NCBI RefSeq assembly: GCF_009914755.1
Contig: NC_060927.1
Direction: 5' to 3' (one strand)
DNA: 64,000 bases
Source: the human T2T-CHM13v2.0 reference genome, Homo sapiens
Position numbers and translations under genes: made by a program. Of the stretch, positions 13,441 to 27,652 are shown in pieces. Position 1 is the stretch's first letter; the number at the start of each line of letters is the position of its first letter. Below the pieces are notes generated by a model, which was not told the origin of the DNA, made no database searches, and was given only the letters and a program-made list of their open reading frames with translations.

Positions 13441-14070
13441 TTCTGTCTTCCTTTTGGGATTTTTACTTTCTCAATGAGCTTTTTTTTTTTTTTTTTTAAG
13501 ATTTATCCATGGTAATAGATATAAATCTTACATATTTATTTATGTTTATTATTCTACAATCAGCTGTTGATTTATTCATTTGGGTTGATTTATCTGTCTC
13601 CTTACTGAGGCACAATTACTTGTTTTGTACTTATTAATAAAAGTAGAGAGCAATGAGCAATCAATTATGAGTTCCCTTGTATATATGCACGAATTCCTCC
13701 AGGTAAGATATGTACAAGTGTACTTGCTCAGTCCAAATGCTCGTGCATCTGCAAAGTTAACATATTAGGTTGGTGCAAAAGTAATTTTGCCATTTCTTTA
13801 ATGCAATGTAAAAACAACAATTACTTTTGCACCAAACTAATATATTGCTAAATTCTTGTCTGAAGTAGTTGTGCCAATTTATTGTTTGGTAGTTTTATAT
13901 ATTCTTTCCCCAGATCTTCATTAGCAATTGTTACCAGTGTTTTTCAATTTGTAAAAATCTGGGTGGTATGAAATAGTGCTTAATTCTTATTTTAATTTCC
14001 ATTTCCCTGAATAGGTAAGGTGGAATATTTTTTCATATATTTTTTGACCAGTACTGTTTCTCTTTGATGA
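13440..14070 (-). mobile_element. Ancient L1ME-like 3' fragment interrupted by MADE1
   Basis: Antisense L1 3'-region motifs (agatttatccatg, gtagttgtgccaattt, ttttaatttccatttccctga). Boundaries approximate. Confidence 0.55.
13765..13840. mobile_element. MADE1 (Hsmar1-derived MITE)
   Basis: TTAGGTTGGTGCAAAAGTAATT...AATTACTTTTGCACCAAACTAA terminal inverted repeats, flanked by TA on both sides. Confidence 0.93.
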
Positions 14071-16439
14071 ATTAGACACTTAGCTCATTAACTTGCAGGT
14101 TATCTTCTTTCCTACGTAATCTATTTAAAGCTATATATTTTAAGTGTAAAAATTTTTAAATTATCATCTAAATTATGTGGGACTTTTGAAGTTGATTCTT
14201 ATTACTGATTTCTAATTATGTGCATTGGTCACCACAGAATTTGGTTTACATGATACTGATTTTTCAGTATTTATTGAGGCTCAGTTTGTACATATTCTTT
14301 GTGTACTTGGACAGACTATGCATTAATTCTTAGTGTTTTATATATTTCCATTAGATCAAGCTTTTGAATTTAATTATACACATATTATAAGACCTTATTA
14401 TTTTCTAATCAAATAAATAAAGAAATTTTATTTGGTGCTTTTTCAGATTTCGATTCACTTTCTACAGTGTTCAGTTTGTGTTTTATAGTTCAAATATTTT
14501 TATTAGGTCAAGCTTCTGAATTGAAGTTAAATATTTAAAACATACTACCTTCCTGTATTCCCCATTTTTGTTTCATTAGTTCAAATTCATTGTGTTCTAA
14601 GTTTCTGTTCTGCTAACCTTGTGAATGATAAATTATTCCCTCATGTGTTTTGTAATTTTTAAAAAATTCTTATTCTGAGCTCATCTTCAATAGCGCTCTT
14701 TCTGTAGAAATCCTGTGCACACTGAGCTGTGAAAATATACAGAATTTTGGTGGTGATTGTTTATGTCTTTGCTTCTCTCAATGACACCAATATTATCACC
14801 TGCCCTGGGATCAAATTTTTAAAAACTTCTTAGCATCAAAATTCCTGTGCCTCATAGATAGTGTGCTTGCAATGCACATGGCTGAATTTTTAAATTTGCT
14901 TAAAAGAGACTACTTTTTAAAGCTTAAGTTTCTTTGTTATTCCCATAAGCTGGTAGGTAAATTACTTCTGTCTTTCTCCCTGCATGTTTCACCCTTTCAC
15001 TAACCCAGTTTTATAAAAGGTGTAGTTCCAGTGTTTGTAGGATTTAAGAGTTATAGCCTGTGCCTTGCAACCGCATGAAACTCAGGCCCACTGACATCAT
15101 TACCACTGATTAGCTTCCCACCTCTTCCCCTGTCAGCACCACCACCATAGTGTCAGCTAACTAACTTCCTACTCTTTATTTTTAATATGGAAATTTCACT
15201 TCCAAATATTATATATATTTGGAAGATATATATATAATCTAATATATATTAAATTAGATATTTTGGAAGAATATATATATATTCATATATGTATATGTGT
15301 GTGTATATATATATATATTTCCAGTATTTATAGGTATTTATATCAGAAGGGCTTGCACATTAACTAAGTTTATGATCTTGCCAGAACCACAGTATTAATT
15401 TCTGCTGAAATAATAGAGCCTAAATTCCAGTGCGATTTTGTTATATATTTTGTTTGAAATATAATAATGGTAGTTATCTACCCATAAAAGGCCAACTGAA
15501 TAAGGTTTAATTACTCTGGACCTTATTCTTGCTCGGAATAAGTAAGATTATTACAAGATTATTATACTTATAAGTAATCTTATAAGTAAGATTTCCCACA
15601 TAAAGATTTCCCTTTATGTGGGAAAATCATTTAAATGTAAGACCTCAAATCTTCAATCCTTCAAACAGAATTTTTCGGTTACCAGGAATATAAATTATGC
15701 TTCTGAATTGAGAAGAGATCATAAAATATGCTTAATATACAATTATTTTTTTCTAACTGCTACTTTAATCATAGTAATTCCTTTGGAATGCATGACAAGT
15801 TAATATACTGCAGATTATGTGTCTAAGAGACTATAGATATGAAGAAAGACAAAACAGAAAAAGAACCAAGGCTCTGAGACTGTTGCAGTTAAATCCTATA
15901 AGGTTTTCAGTATTTACTATAAAATAAATCATTAATGATTACCTAAGAGAGACATACTGTTGTGAATAATACTAAGAACTGACAAATAAAGCCTGCCTCC
16001 TTTAAATGTATTCTCATTAGAAAATCAAGGTGGACACAAAAATATTGTAAAAAGTAAAATAAAATGTAAAAAGACAAAAATGTTAGTTTGATGTATGTTT
16101 GCACAAGTAGAAATTTCCTTAAAAGTTCAGAAAGACACAGAAATAACTCTGAATCTCTCTGAAGGTGGCATTTGAACTGGGCTTCAAAAGGTGAGTATTA
16201 TTTGGGGGATTCATCAGAGAACATTTCAGGTGAGAGGCTCAGTGTGAATAAATGCATAAAAGAAGGAAATCTCACAGTGTATTTGAGGAATTGTGAGTGG
16301 ATCAGTTGGCTTATAGCAGAAATTTAATGAATAGCTGAATTTGCAAGATAAATAAACCTAAAGGAGAAAGAGACATGGTGTACATGGATGAAGCAGGTCA
16401 GATATTAAACTAAAGGTTAATGAAATTAAGTTCTGAAAA

Positions 16440-16676
16440 AGGTGGAGAATGCAAGTCTCATCTGAAAGAACTAATCATGACCTAACTCCAGCACCAATAT
16501 AGCTTAAGTTTGGCCACATCTGAGTTTTCTAGAGAATTTGAGAATCAGGATTTTTTGATAAATCTCTAATATTTAAACATTGGCAAATACTTCAGAACTT
16601 GAAAACATCGTATAAAGCCCAAACAAAATATCTGTGGATCTGATCAAGCCCATTAGTCACTAATTTGCCATCCTGG
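16440..16676 (-). mobile_element. MER102-like hAT-Charlie fragment
   Basis: aaatctctaatatttaaacattggcaa..aaacaaaatatctgtgg..atttgccatcctg resembles the reverse complement of the MER102 5' end. Confidence 0.6.
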
Positions 16677-17239
16677 ACACAAAGTAAGTGAAAAAAATGG
16701 ATAATACCAAAATGATGGGTTGGCCTTTTAGCTGAGGTGTCTGAGTATGACCCCTAAGACATACCAAGACAGAGAACAAGAGAAGATGTAACTAGGTTTC
16801 TTGATTGATATAATAATTTAGAAAGTTTAATGCAAACTTGAGAGAAACACTGAAAGTGATTTTCTTCACAATCTTTGTCAAACAGTTTTCATCCAGCTGC
16901 ACATTCTTATGAAAACAAATACCAATGCTGTTTTTAGGTAAAGGTCTCATGCTCTTTATACTTGCACTAATGAAAAGGTATTCTCTGTTATACTAATGGT
17001 GGGAATATTTCCATAACAGGGTTTTGGCATTTATAAAGAATTTCCACCGGAATACATTCCCCATATGAGATGTTAACAAACATGGACATAACTCATAGAT
17101 ACATGATAGGAAATGAAAGATAAACATTTTATCTAAACTAGTTACACATCTGGAATAAAATTTTAATACCTCTTCTCTCCTTTCTCATCATGCATGTGTA
17201 TGTGGCTGTTTGCTTTGTATTTAGGATTTTTCCATCTAG

Positions 17240-17644
<405 letters not shown>

Positions 17645-18079
17645 TTACTTGAATGTGAGAGTCTTTGGATTTTTTGTTATTTTTTCATTGAGATTAGTCA
17701 GGAAAGATAGAAACAAAACCCAATTTTAATTTCTCAGAAACTCAGAGCCCAGAAACTTATTCAAGATAGAAAATATTTACGAAGGCCCCCATTTTAAAAA
17801 ATGGTGGATTCACATCCTACTATATTTATCCATACTCCTATCCTTTACACCAAACTCAAGCAGAAATGGGATACCAGAAGGTTCAGTCAATTGAAGTACT
17901 AAAGGCAAAAATAAAAATTAACTCCTATTTAGCTTTCTGTAGCTTTCAACATCTCTAAATTCATTTTCTATTATAATGATACTTAAAATTTGCCTTTGGC
18001 TTGACAGCTCTCAATGAACCTGTGTTTAGTCTCATAGGATAAAATGTCATATGACAATTTTTAAGAATGTGTGTTCTAA

Positions 18080-18260
18080 GTTCAGACTTCAAAGCCTAGA
18101 CCCTGTACTTACTATCATTGAAAATTTATGAGATACTTAAATTTTACAGGCTGTCTAAAGTACCGCCTGTAAAATAGCAACAGCATTAGCTACATTACAT
18201 GGTTGTTATGAGGATTAAGTGATGTAGAGTGATTAAATGCTCAATATATGTTCATTGCTA
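18080..18260 (+). mobile_element. MIR SINE
   Basis: ctgtaaaatagcaacagcattagctacattacatggttgttatgaggattaagtga..aaatgctc. Confidence 0.6.
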
Positions 18261-19146
18261 CGGCTGCCACTGCTGCTGTGGTTGTTTTAACTATCATTGC
18301 TATTCTTAACATGATGACATTTTATTTAAATGACTATGGTAGCTTATTTTGTTCCCGATAAACTTTATGTAACTTTTTTGCTATATTGAAGCCAGTGACT
18401 GAACTGCTTGCAGTCTCTACCAAAAACCTGCTGCTGATGGTCAGGGATTAAAGGCTTATTTTTAGCAATCTTTCTAGCCTGAAATGGAATTCTGTCAAGG
18501 TTGGCTTTTTTGACTGTGACGCACAGAGGGAGGGCGGTATTTCTAATTTTATCATCTGCCCATAAAATCATGTTTTAGTGCTAGCTAATTTCATTAATTT
18601 TTAAAATATGCTGGCTTAGGTTTACAGGTTGAAAAGCTATTTTGTGACTGAAATGGTATATTTTGGAATATGTCGTGACTCTGTGACCCACTCAGGAGTA
18701 ATCCATAAAAATGATTTCAAAGAGTTGATTAGTGTCTGATTTACAAGTGACAGCACATGATTATAGCACATTCTAGTCTCCAATGCAGTGCTTTATATGT
18801 TTCATACAAAAATGGGCATAGTAATACAAATATATCCTCCAAAATCCAAAAAATAATACCATGATACATCAGGATTCAGAGAGTTAGAGATACTTAAATG
18901 AAAATCTGGTATTATTTTATTGGCAACTGAGGATATGTGACTGTGATTTCTCCATCAACAACATGCTTAGTGAATGGTATAAGCAAGCCATCTTATGGTA
19001 GTCATTCTTTACAAATATGACTATGTTGACTGTGTGTGTGTGTGTACACATGCATACGTGTGTTAAGAGAGAAGGAGGGAGAAAAGAAAGAAGAAAGAAC
19101 TGCAATTCATTGTCACTGCCAAGTTATAGAATTGGTAGAATTTGAC

Positions 19147-19208
19147 ACTTTTTAAAAAATTGGTGAAACAACTACTTTTTAAAAAATTGGTGAAACAACT
19201 ACTTTTTA
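19147..19208. repeat. Exact 27-bp tandem duplication
   Basis: ACTTTTTAAAAAATTGGTGAAACAACT twice, plus a partial third copy. Confidence 0.95.
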
Positions 19209-20489
19209 TTCTTTAGAAAGGACATATTACATCTTTGGGTAACAAGATAAATAGGAATATTTTAATAAAATGCTCTATTTCATGTAAGTCAGTAATTACT
19301 TTCAGAGGTATAAACTGGATAATTTAAAAAAATCTTTGTTTGACCAAATACTCAGTATGTTTTACAAAGTATAAGATATTTTGATCTACCATTTTGAACC
19401 TCCCATTTTAAGATGTTTTTGTCTTCACTGTCTTGATCCCTAAGGACATTTCTATTGTGTGTTTCTTAATACAGTCATTCTCATTAGAATGATAGCAACC
19501 TGTATGACTGTTAGGTAAAGGGTACTTTCTACAATTTCATTAAACTAATTTAATTTTTTAATCAAATTCTTATACAACAGAGTTAAACAATTCCTTTACA
19601 TTTCCTTTTTGATTTTATTGAAATTATTTTTTATTAAGTTCTTTTGGTATAAACTTTACTACCAAAGATTTAATTCACTAATCAGTTTTTAAAAGTTCAT
19701 ATCAGATACACTGAGCTTTTTTTTAGTAACATTTCTACAATGCCCAATTTTTGTCAATTTAAGTTTTAGTGAGCTCATTTCCATCAAGAAAATGTTATTC
19801 TTTCATCAATTTTGAGTCAGTTACAAATTTTAATCTGTGCATTTTTAGCCATTGTTAATTTTATTTTTTATTATTTCTACTAAGTCTAATTTTTTAAAAA
19901 TCAATGTTTGCTGTCTTTAATGTTCCTAAAGAATGTATAATCTCAATCAGGTCTTTTTGTTTTGTTTTGTTTGGAGGACTAATCAATTTTACCATGCTCT
20001 GTTTTAAACATATTCAACTGTATTTGCCTCTTTGCTGCCACTTGTGTTTACTAATTGGATATAATAATTAAAATATGTGTTTATTTGGTCAAGATGCAAA
20101 GAACATGAGATAGTACAAATGATGGTAACTAGGTGGAGATGGAGGTCAAATGGCATTGCAATCAAAACGGTTGGGTCAAAATATCCTCCTTCAGATATTA
20201 GACACCTCAGTGGAACAAATAAGAAAGTATATGGTTTTGCTATATGATACTGATGTCTTGCAAATAGTCATTATATCTTAGTTTCTATCTACATGTACAG
20301 ATCATGGTATTTTAACATTTGAATTTCCCAACTGGCACATGTTTATTTGTAGATAAATACATATTTTATAATGAAAATTGTCAACTAATCTTCCAAATCA
20401 GAAAGCTAATTTATATTTAAATAATACAGTTTTTTGTGACAAAGTAATAGAAGACTGCAGAAAAGGTGAAAAAAGAACTGTCATTTTAA

Positions 20490-20700
20490 GCAGGAACAAT
20501 ACACCAGGCACTGTGCCAGATGTTTTACAAAATTATTTTCTTAAATGCCCTCAGCAAACAAGAAGGGATTTTTAGTTCCATATTTTAGCTGAAAAAGCTG
20601 AAACTTAGAGAGTTAGCTTACCTACAGATAAATTATTAAGTAGTGGTGGGGGCTGCAGTTCAAACCATTCTGCAAACCCAAATCCTGTTTTATATGCAAA
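20490..20700 (-). mobile_element. MIR SINE
   Basis: ccaggcactgtgc..catattttagctgaaaaagctgaaacttagagagttag..ttcaaacc. Confidence 0.6.
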
Positions 20701-21350
20701 GCATGGGTAGCTATTCTGTGGTATTTACAATTTAGAAAGACATTTTTTATCATTTAACAAATATTAATTGAGTGCATATTAGGTGCCTCATCCTGAGCTA
20801 GGCTTGGGAATCAAGTATATAAGAAAGACCATAATCCCTATGTTCACAAAGCAGTCGGCCTAGTATTACCTATAGGCAGATAACCAGAAATTAAAGTGTG
20901 TTGAGACCTCCAGTGGGGTGGGAAGTCTAAGGAAGATAGGGCCAAGAGATTGATCAGTTTAAGTAATTGAAATGAAAAACGGATAACCTAGTTTACTGAA
21001 AAGTGAAAGGGGATAAAAATACTCTAAATGAAATCACTGCAGGTGAAAGAATTTTGCAATATTCTGAAAGATCCTTAACAATATTTATAATTGTTACATC
21101 ATAGTGATGATGATCCACAATGATTAGAAATTATTATCTCAACACCAGCATAAGGATTGAATGCCAGCAACCTGAAATCTTGAGTATAATCTTTTCTAAA
21201 GACTGAAAAGCTTCTCTCATGATTGTACATTTGTTGGGTCAGACTGCATGACCCTAAGATAAATCCTAAAATAAATTCCAAGAGGTTTCTACTGCAGTTT
21301 CTCAAAGCCTCGGTATCTTTTGCCTTATTATTTCTCTTAAAATTATTTCT

Positions 21351-22918
21351 TTTTATTTATATTTTTATTGTATTTCAATAGTTTCTGGGGGAAAGTTGAA
21401 TTTTGGTTGCATGAATAAGTTCTTTAGTAGTGATTTCTGAGATTTGGGGGCATCTGTCACCAAGAAGTGTACAGCATACCTATTGTGTAGTCTTTTATCC
21501 CTCACCCTCCTTCCACCCTTCCCCCTGAGTCCATTATATCATTCTTATGCCTTTGCATCCTCATAGCTCAGCTCTCACTTATAAGTGAGAACATACAGTA
21601 TTTCATTTTCCATTCCTGAGTTACTTCATTTAGAGTAGTGGTCTCCAATTCCATCCAGGTTGCTGCAAATGCCATTATTTCATTGCTTTGTGTGGTTAAG
21701 TAATATTCCATTGTGTGTGTGTGTGTGTGTGTCACATTTTCTGTATCCACGCATTGGTTAATGGGCATTTAGGCTGGTTTCATATTTTTCAATTGCGAAT
21801 TGTGCTGCTGTAAACATTTGTGTGCAAGTGTCTTTTTCGTATAATGACTTCTTTTCCTCTGAGTAGATACGCAGTAGTGGGATTCCTGGATCAAATGGTA
21901 GTTCTACTTTTAGTTCTTTAAGGAATCTCCATACTGTTTTCCATAGTGGTTTTACTAGTTTACATTCCCACCAGCAGTGTAAAAGTAGTCCCTTTTCATG
22001 ACATTTGTGCCAGCATCTATTAATTTTTGATTTTTTAATTATGGCCATTTTTGCAGGAGTAAGGTGGTATCTCATTATAAAATCAATATTAGGAAAATGA
22101 CCATATTGCCAAAGGCAGTCTACAGATTCAGTGCAGTTCCCATCAACATACCATCATTATTCTTCAAAGAACTAGAAAAAACAATTCTAAAATTCATATG
22201 GAACCAAAAAGTTTCCATAGCCAACACAAGACTGAGCAAAAAGAACAAATCTGAAGGTATCACATTACCTGATATACTACAAGGCTATACAACAGGCTAT
22301 AGATACCAAAACAGCATGGTACTGGTATAAAAATAGGCACACAGACCATGGAACAGAATTGAGATCCCAGAAATAAACCCAAATACTTACAACCAACTGA
22401 TCTTCAACAAAGCAAACAAAAATACAAAGTGGGGAAAGAACAACCTATTCAACAAATGGTGCTGGGATAATTGGCAAGCCACATGTGGAAGAAGGAAACT
22501 GGATCCTCATCTCTCACCTTATACAAAAATCAACTCAAGATGGATCAAAGACTTAAATCTAAGACCTGAAACCATAAAAATTCTATAATATAACATCAGA
22601 AAAACTCGTCTAGACATTGGCTTAGGCAAAGAGTTCATGACCAAGAACTCAAAAGCAAACACAACAAAACAAAAAATAAATAGATTAGACCTCATTAAAC
22701 TAAAAAGGAGGAAATGATCAGAAGAGTAAACCGATGACCCACAGAGTGAGAGAAAACATTCTCTAACTATGCATCTGACAAAGGACTAATATTCAGAATC
22801 TACAAGGAACTCAGGCAAATCAGCAAGAAAAAATAATCCTATAAAAAAGTGGGCAAAGGACATGAATAGACCGTTCTCAAAAGAAGATATACAAATGGCC
22901 AACAAACATATAAAAAAG
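21351..22918 (-). mobile_element. 5'-inverted (twin-primed) L1PB1-like insertion
   Basis: 21351 to ~22077 is the L1 3' end on the minus strand; ~22079-22918 is upstream ORF2 sequence on the plus strand. Perfect TSD TCTCTTAAAATTATTTCT at 21333-21350 and 22919-22936. Confidence 0.93.
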
Positions 22919-25900
22919 TCTCTTAAAATTATTTCTAAAATTTTAAATGTGCATTAATTTTTGCATTATGAGTATTTCAAAATAAAGTTGAACGAACTCC
23001 CTGATTCTAGGAAGAATTATACAAAACCCATCCCCACGTCATTTGTGGTTTCCCTGTTACACACACACACACAGAGGAAGAGAATGAGTTAGCCATTATA
23101 TTAAATATCAGTCCAAACCCAGCTTTTCTTTTGTTTCTGATTTTGATACCTTGAAAGAAAAGGAAAACATTTAAAGTTTGAAAACTTGTAAGTTAAATAT
23201 ACTTCACATGACTTCCCGTTCTGTACCCTTAACTTGAGCCAATTCACATGAATTTTTCTCCATAAATGCCTTATATTTACCTGGCCTAGTAATTATTATT
23301 CATGTGCTTTGAACTGTCCTAAATGTACTTTTTCTCCATCTCTGTTCATCCAACTCTACTCATCCTGTACAGTACAGTTTGAATATTTTCCTCCTTCTTT
23401 AAACTCTTTCTGGTTGCTCCAACTAGGAGGACTTAGTATCACCTTATTTACACTTGTATTAGAGTTTCCCCAATAGACTGCAAGATAATAAAGACCTTTC
23501 TCCCTTATTTTTATATTTCACACAACAACCTGAACATTGTGCATGTTCACTAAATATTTTTTAATTGAGAGAATTTTTAATTAGCTAATTAAGGGCTAGA
23601 GACTGTCGGAGAGATGGACTCAATGAAGGTAATGTTTTAGTCCCCTGGTTCAAGGAAAGTCTCCCCTTCAGTAGTAGTGGAAGGAAATGCAAAGGGAACT
23701 GGTCTGAAGGTAAACTTGACTGGGAACAGGATGTGAGAACAGAACATTTAGGAATCAAATCTTGTCATGAAGGGGCAATTGCTGGCAAAAACAAAACGAA
23801 CGAAGAAAAAACATTAACTGTATTCAGTTCAGTTCTAGTACAAAATATCGAAGATAGACTTTGACAATCTGCAGAATGTTCAGAAAAGGAAAAGCAGGCA
23901 CAGGAAGTGGTGTCATATGACCTTGAAAAAGACTACCACATAGAGGGAAGAGGTTGGAGCTGAGGTGTTGACAATTGTATTTTTAAACATTGAAAATTGC
24001 TGTAATATTACTTAAGAGAATAGAAATAGGGCCAGAGAGTGGAGAAGCAACAGAGGCAGATTTGGACTCAACACTAGACTTTAAATGTGTCAGGGCTGTG
24101 ACAACGCAGAGAATCATGTGTTCCTGGATTCTTAGCTCTTGTGGAAACTGGAGCCAAACTCTGCCTTCCACCAAGGCCTGGGATAGCCAGAGCCCTGGCT
24201 TTTTAGCATCTCCCTGAGAATCCCTGATGCTACTCCCTTGGTCCTGCTGGGCTATGCTCCTGCTGTGCTCTGGTGTTCTTGGACTTCCCTTTTCCCATTG
24301 TTGCTATGCCTCTTGCCACTTCTGGTACCTGGCCAAAGGTGGAGAGCTCTGTCCCTGAAGGACACCTGTAAAACTTGCCACATGGAAATTAAAACATGCT
24401 TCTCAAAATTGGAGTTTCTTGAAAATACCACCCAATGACATATAATGAAGACATTTTTCCAAATTAGTAGGTCAAGACTTAGGCAAGTGTGTAAATTAAA
24501 TTTCTGTTGGCTTGTATGGTTTTGATATCCCCAAACCACTCAGATAGATATGCATATTGGGGCCCCTGATGTGCTCTGCACTAGAAATAACTTTCTGATA
24601 ATCAGAATTGTCCTAAAATTGATGTGGCATACAAGATATGAAGTAAATTTTGTTTTGCCATAGATGGCCAGGGGCTAGGTGTCATTTGACTGAATGTTGT
24701 GAGTTTAAATATTAGAGTGGATAGCCGCTGAGTTTGCTGTTAGCCTCATGACCAAGTGATATGATACGGTCTTAAACAATAGGAGAGGTTGAACACCCAA
24801 AACTGTGACTTTGCTTCTTAGCAATCAGCCACTTTAGTCCTGTTCTTCTTTCCACTTTTGCCTACTTTTGAATCAAAAATATCATTGTTCTTTATCCTTT
24901 GGCATTTGTCCCTTTCATTCTATACGTTTGCTCTTTAGTCAATAAATATTTCCTTCTTCATGCAATGTGTATCTTTCTCCTTTCTCAAACCTCCTTTCCT
25001 TTCCCTTTTGTGTTGAGTTGGTGATTCAGATTTATCCATGGTTTTGATTAATAAAATGTCTCATCTCATATAATATCATAAGTGTCACAGGGCAAAGCAC
25101 CAAAGGGTACCAATGGACATGGCCAGGAACAGAAACATAAAAATTAATGCAAAAGGGGTAAGCAGCCTCTATCTTCAAAAGAAGATGGGGAGTTAGATCT
25201 AGATATCGACTAGTCATATCCTTCAATGTTTAAAGGATATTGGCCCATTGTTCTGACAGTGCTTTTAAAAAAACCACTGTCAATTCTAGTTAGGTTTATC
25301 TATTTAAAACTAGATACTGTAGTTTGGTTATAATGTGAATTAAACCAGCTTTTGTGTGCCATGCTGGAGGCTAAACCACTTTTTGTCCTTCTTTCCACTG
25401 TTTCAAATCCATTGAAAAGGCATTATAGTTGCCAAATAATGGATTTCTAAACAGATAGTTGGTGTCTGTAAGTGAAATTAGAAGTCAAATGCCAATGAAT
25501 GGTATGGTTAAAATGTGATTTGAAGTTCTTAGTTTATTCAATATTTTTTATAAGTTCCAAGAAATTACATAGAAAAATGGGTTCTTATAAACAAAAGCTA
25601 TGAGGTTATAAATTTCTTCACAGCATAGGTATGACCTATATCAATATCTTGCAAAGTTCACAAGACAGTAACCAAAGAGTTCTATTCCTAGAAAATGAGT
25701 CATTGGGATGTTGCTGAGAGTTCAGTCTGTGGTTCCAAAAAGGTCTTATGTTACCAAAATCTTTGCATACACAGAACATTAAAACCCCTCCCACCAACTG
25801 CCTTTGGAGTAATAGCTAGGGTTTCTGGGAGAAGGGCTGGGGAAGTGTTCAGAAAAGTTTTCATGATCAATATAAAAATAATGCAAGGTCTGCAGACCAC

Positions 25901-26629
25901 ACGTCCTAGATGATGGAGACAGTAAGTAGACAGTAGACAACCTGAGAAATTCCTATTTGCAGGTGGAAGGAGAGAGCACTTACAGAGAAAAATCTACTGG
26001 GGTAGCTATTTCTATGAAAGAGATGAAGTCAGTCAGAAGTTCATTAATATCAAAACCTTGACTAACAAGAAGGATCAGGAGATAGAAGCATATTAAAAAG
26101 TGTAATGACTTTCAATTCAGACAAACCCAGATTCAAAACCTGGTCCTTCTCCCTAACAGATGTCCACCCTTTGTTGTTTTGCTTTAACCTTCTTAAGTAC
26201 CAATATTTTAATATCAACATTTCAGATTGTAATACATAGTAGGATTAAATTAGATAGTATATAAAGTACTTAGCACATCAGACCATGGTCTCCTAGACAA
26301 ACACAGAAAAAAGATCATTACAACATACTATTTTTATCATAGGGAATCAAGTAACAACAAAACAAATCAATGCCAGAAAATATTCTGAGTCTGTGTCTTA
26401 ACCATTTAATGACTTCGGTACCTCATAATGGAAAGTGTCATTTGTAAATAAGAATGTTGCAAGATCTTTGATTTCTGAGAATGATGCAATTGTGTACATT
26501 ATTTTCTACTTACGGAACTGGGATGCTGAATTAATATATAGGTTTTCAATAATGAAGGATTTTTGAAGTCTGCATAATTTTCAGTAAAACAGAAATCCCA
26601 TATTTAAAAAAACAGCACCAGCAATAGTA

Positions 26630-26880
26630 AAAGCCTTATATTGAATGCTTGCTACATGTAATACTGCATTCTGCTAAGCGCTTTACGTGAATCATGTCAC
26701 TTAACCTCACAACAGCCTATGAAGTGAGTTACTATTGTGTTCTCCATTTTAGTGAGAAGAAGACTGACAGAAAAAGAATAAGTAAACTTACATTACATAA
26801 CCACTAAGAGGCAGAACTAAGACATAAAAAAGTGAGGCAACATAATTCCAAGACAAGATCGCGTATGCACTTTTATATGC
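26630..26880 (-). mobile_element. MIR SINE
   Basis: ttattgaatgcttgctacatgt..ctgctaagcgctttac..ttaacctcacaacagcctatgaag..tctccattttag. Confidence 0.75.
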
Positions 26881-27213
26881 TGCATTGCTTGCCTTCTGGG
26901 TTATCAAGGTTTACTCCATCACCGGCATCTGACACATTTCTCTCTACTCATGTTTCTCTTCTGCATTTCGCTGTGTTTCTTGTTCTCCTGTGTGTTGTCT
27001 CTCTGCATTCTATCTACTTCTTATTTTTCAAAATGACTGTGCCCCCCTTTAGGTCTCTCTCAGACAACGTCATTGCCCTGTGTTTACTTCAAGGCCAATC
27101 GCTTCACCAGACGCTGGCTGAAAACTTATTTTGGAATGTTCAGGCAAACTCCCACTACTTATTGTTTTTCACACCTATCAAGCCATGAAACAAAGTTACT
27201 TATATGTTTTTAA

Positions 27214-27561
<348 letters not shown>

Positions 27562-27652
27562 CTAACAAAGGCTGACACCTCAAAATTGGTGTTTCCTTTT
27601 GAGACTTGGACATTTCCTAGAAACATGAAGAAAACTCCTTTAGAACAGTTTC

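Noticed and set aside
15132-15150. TCAGCACC resembling the left half of a REST/RE1 site
   Set aside because: The GGACAG right half is absent.
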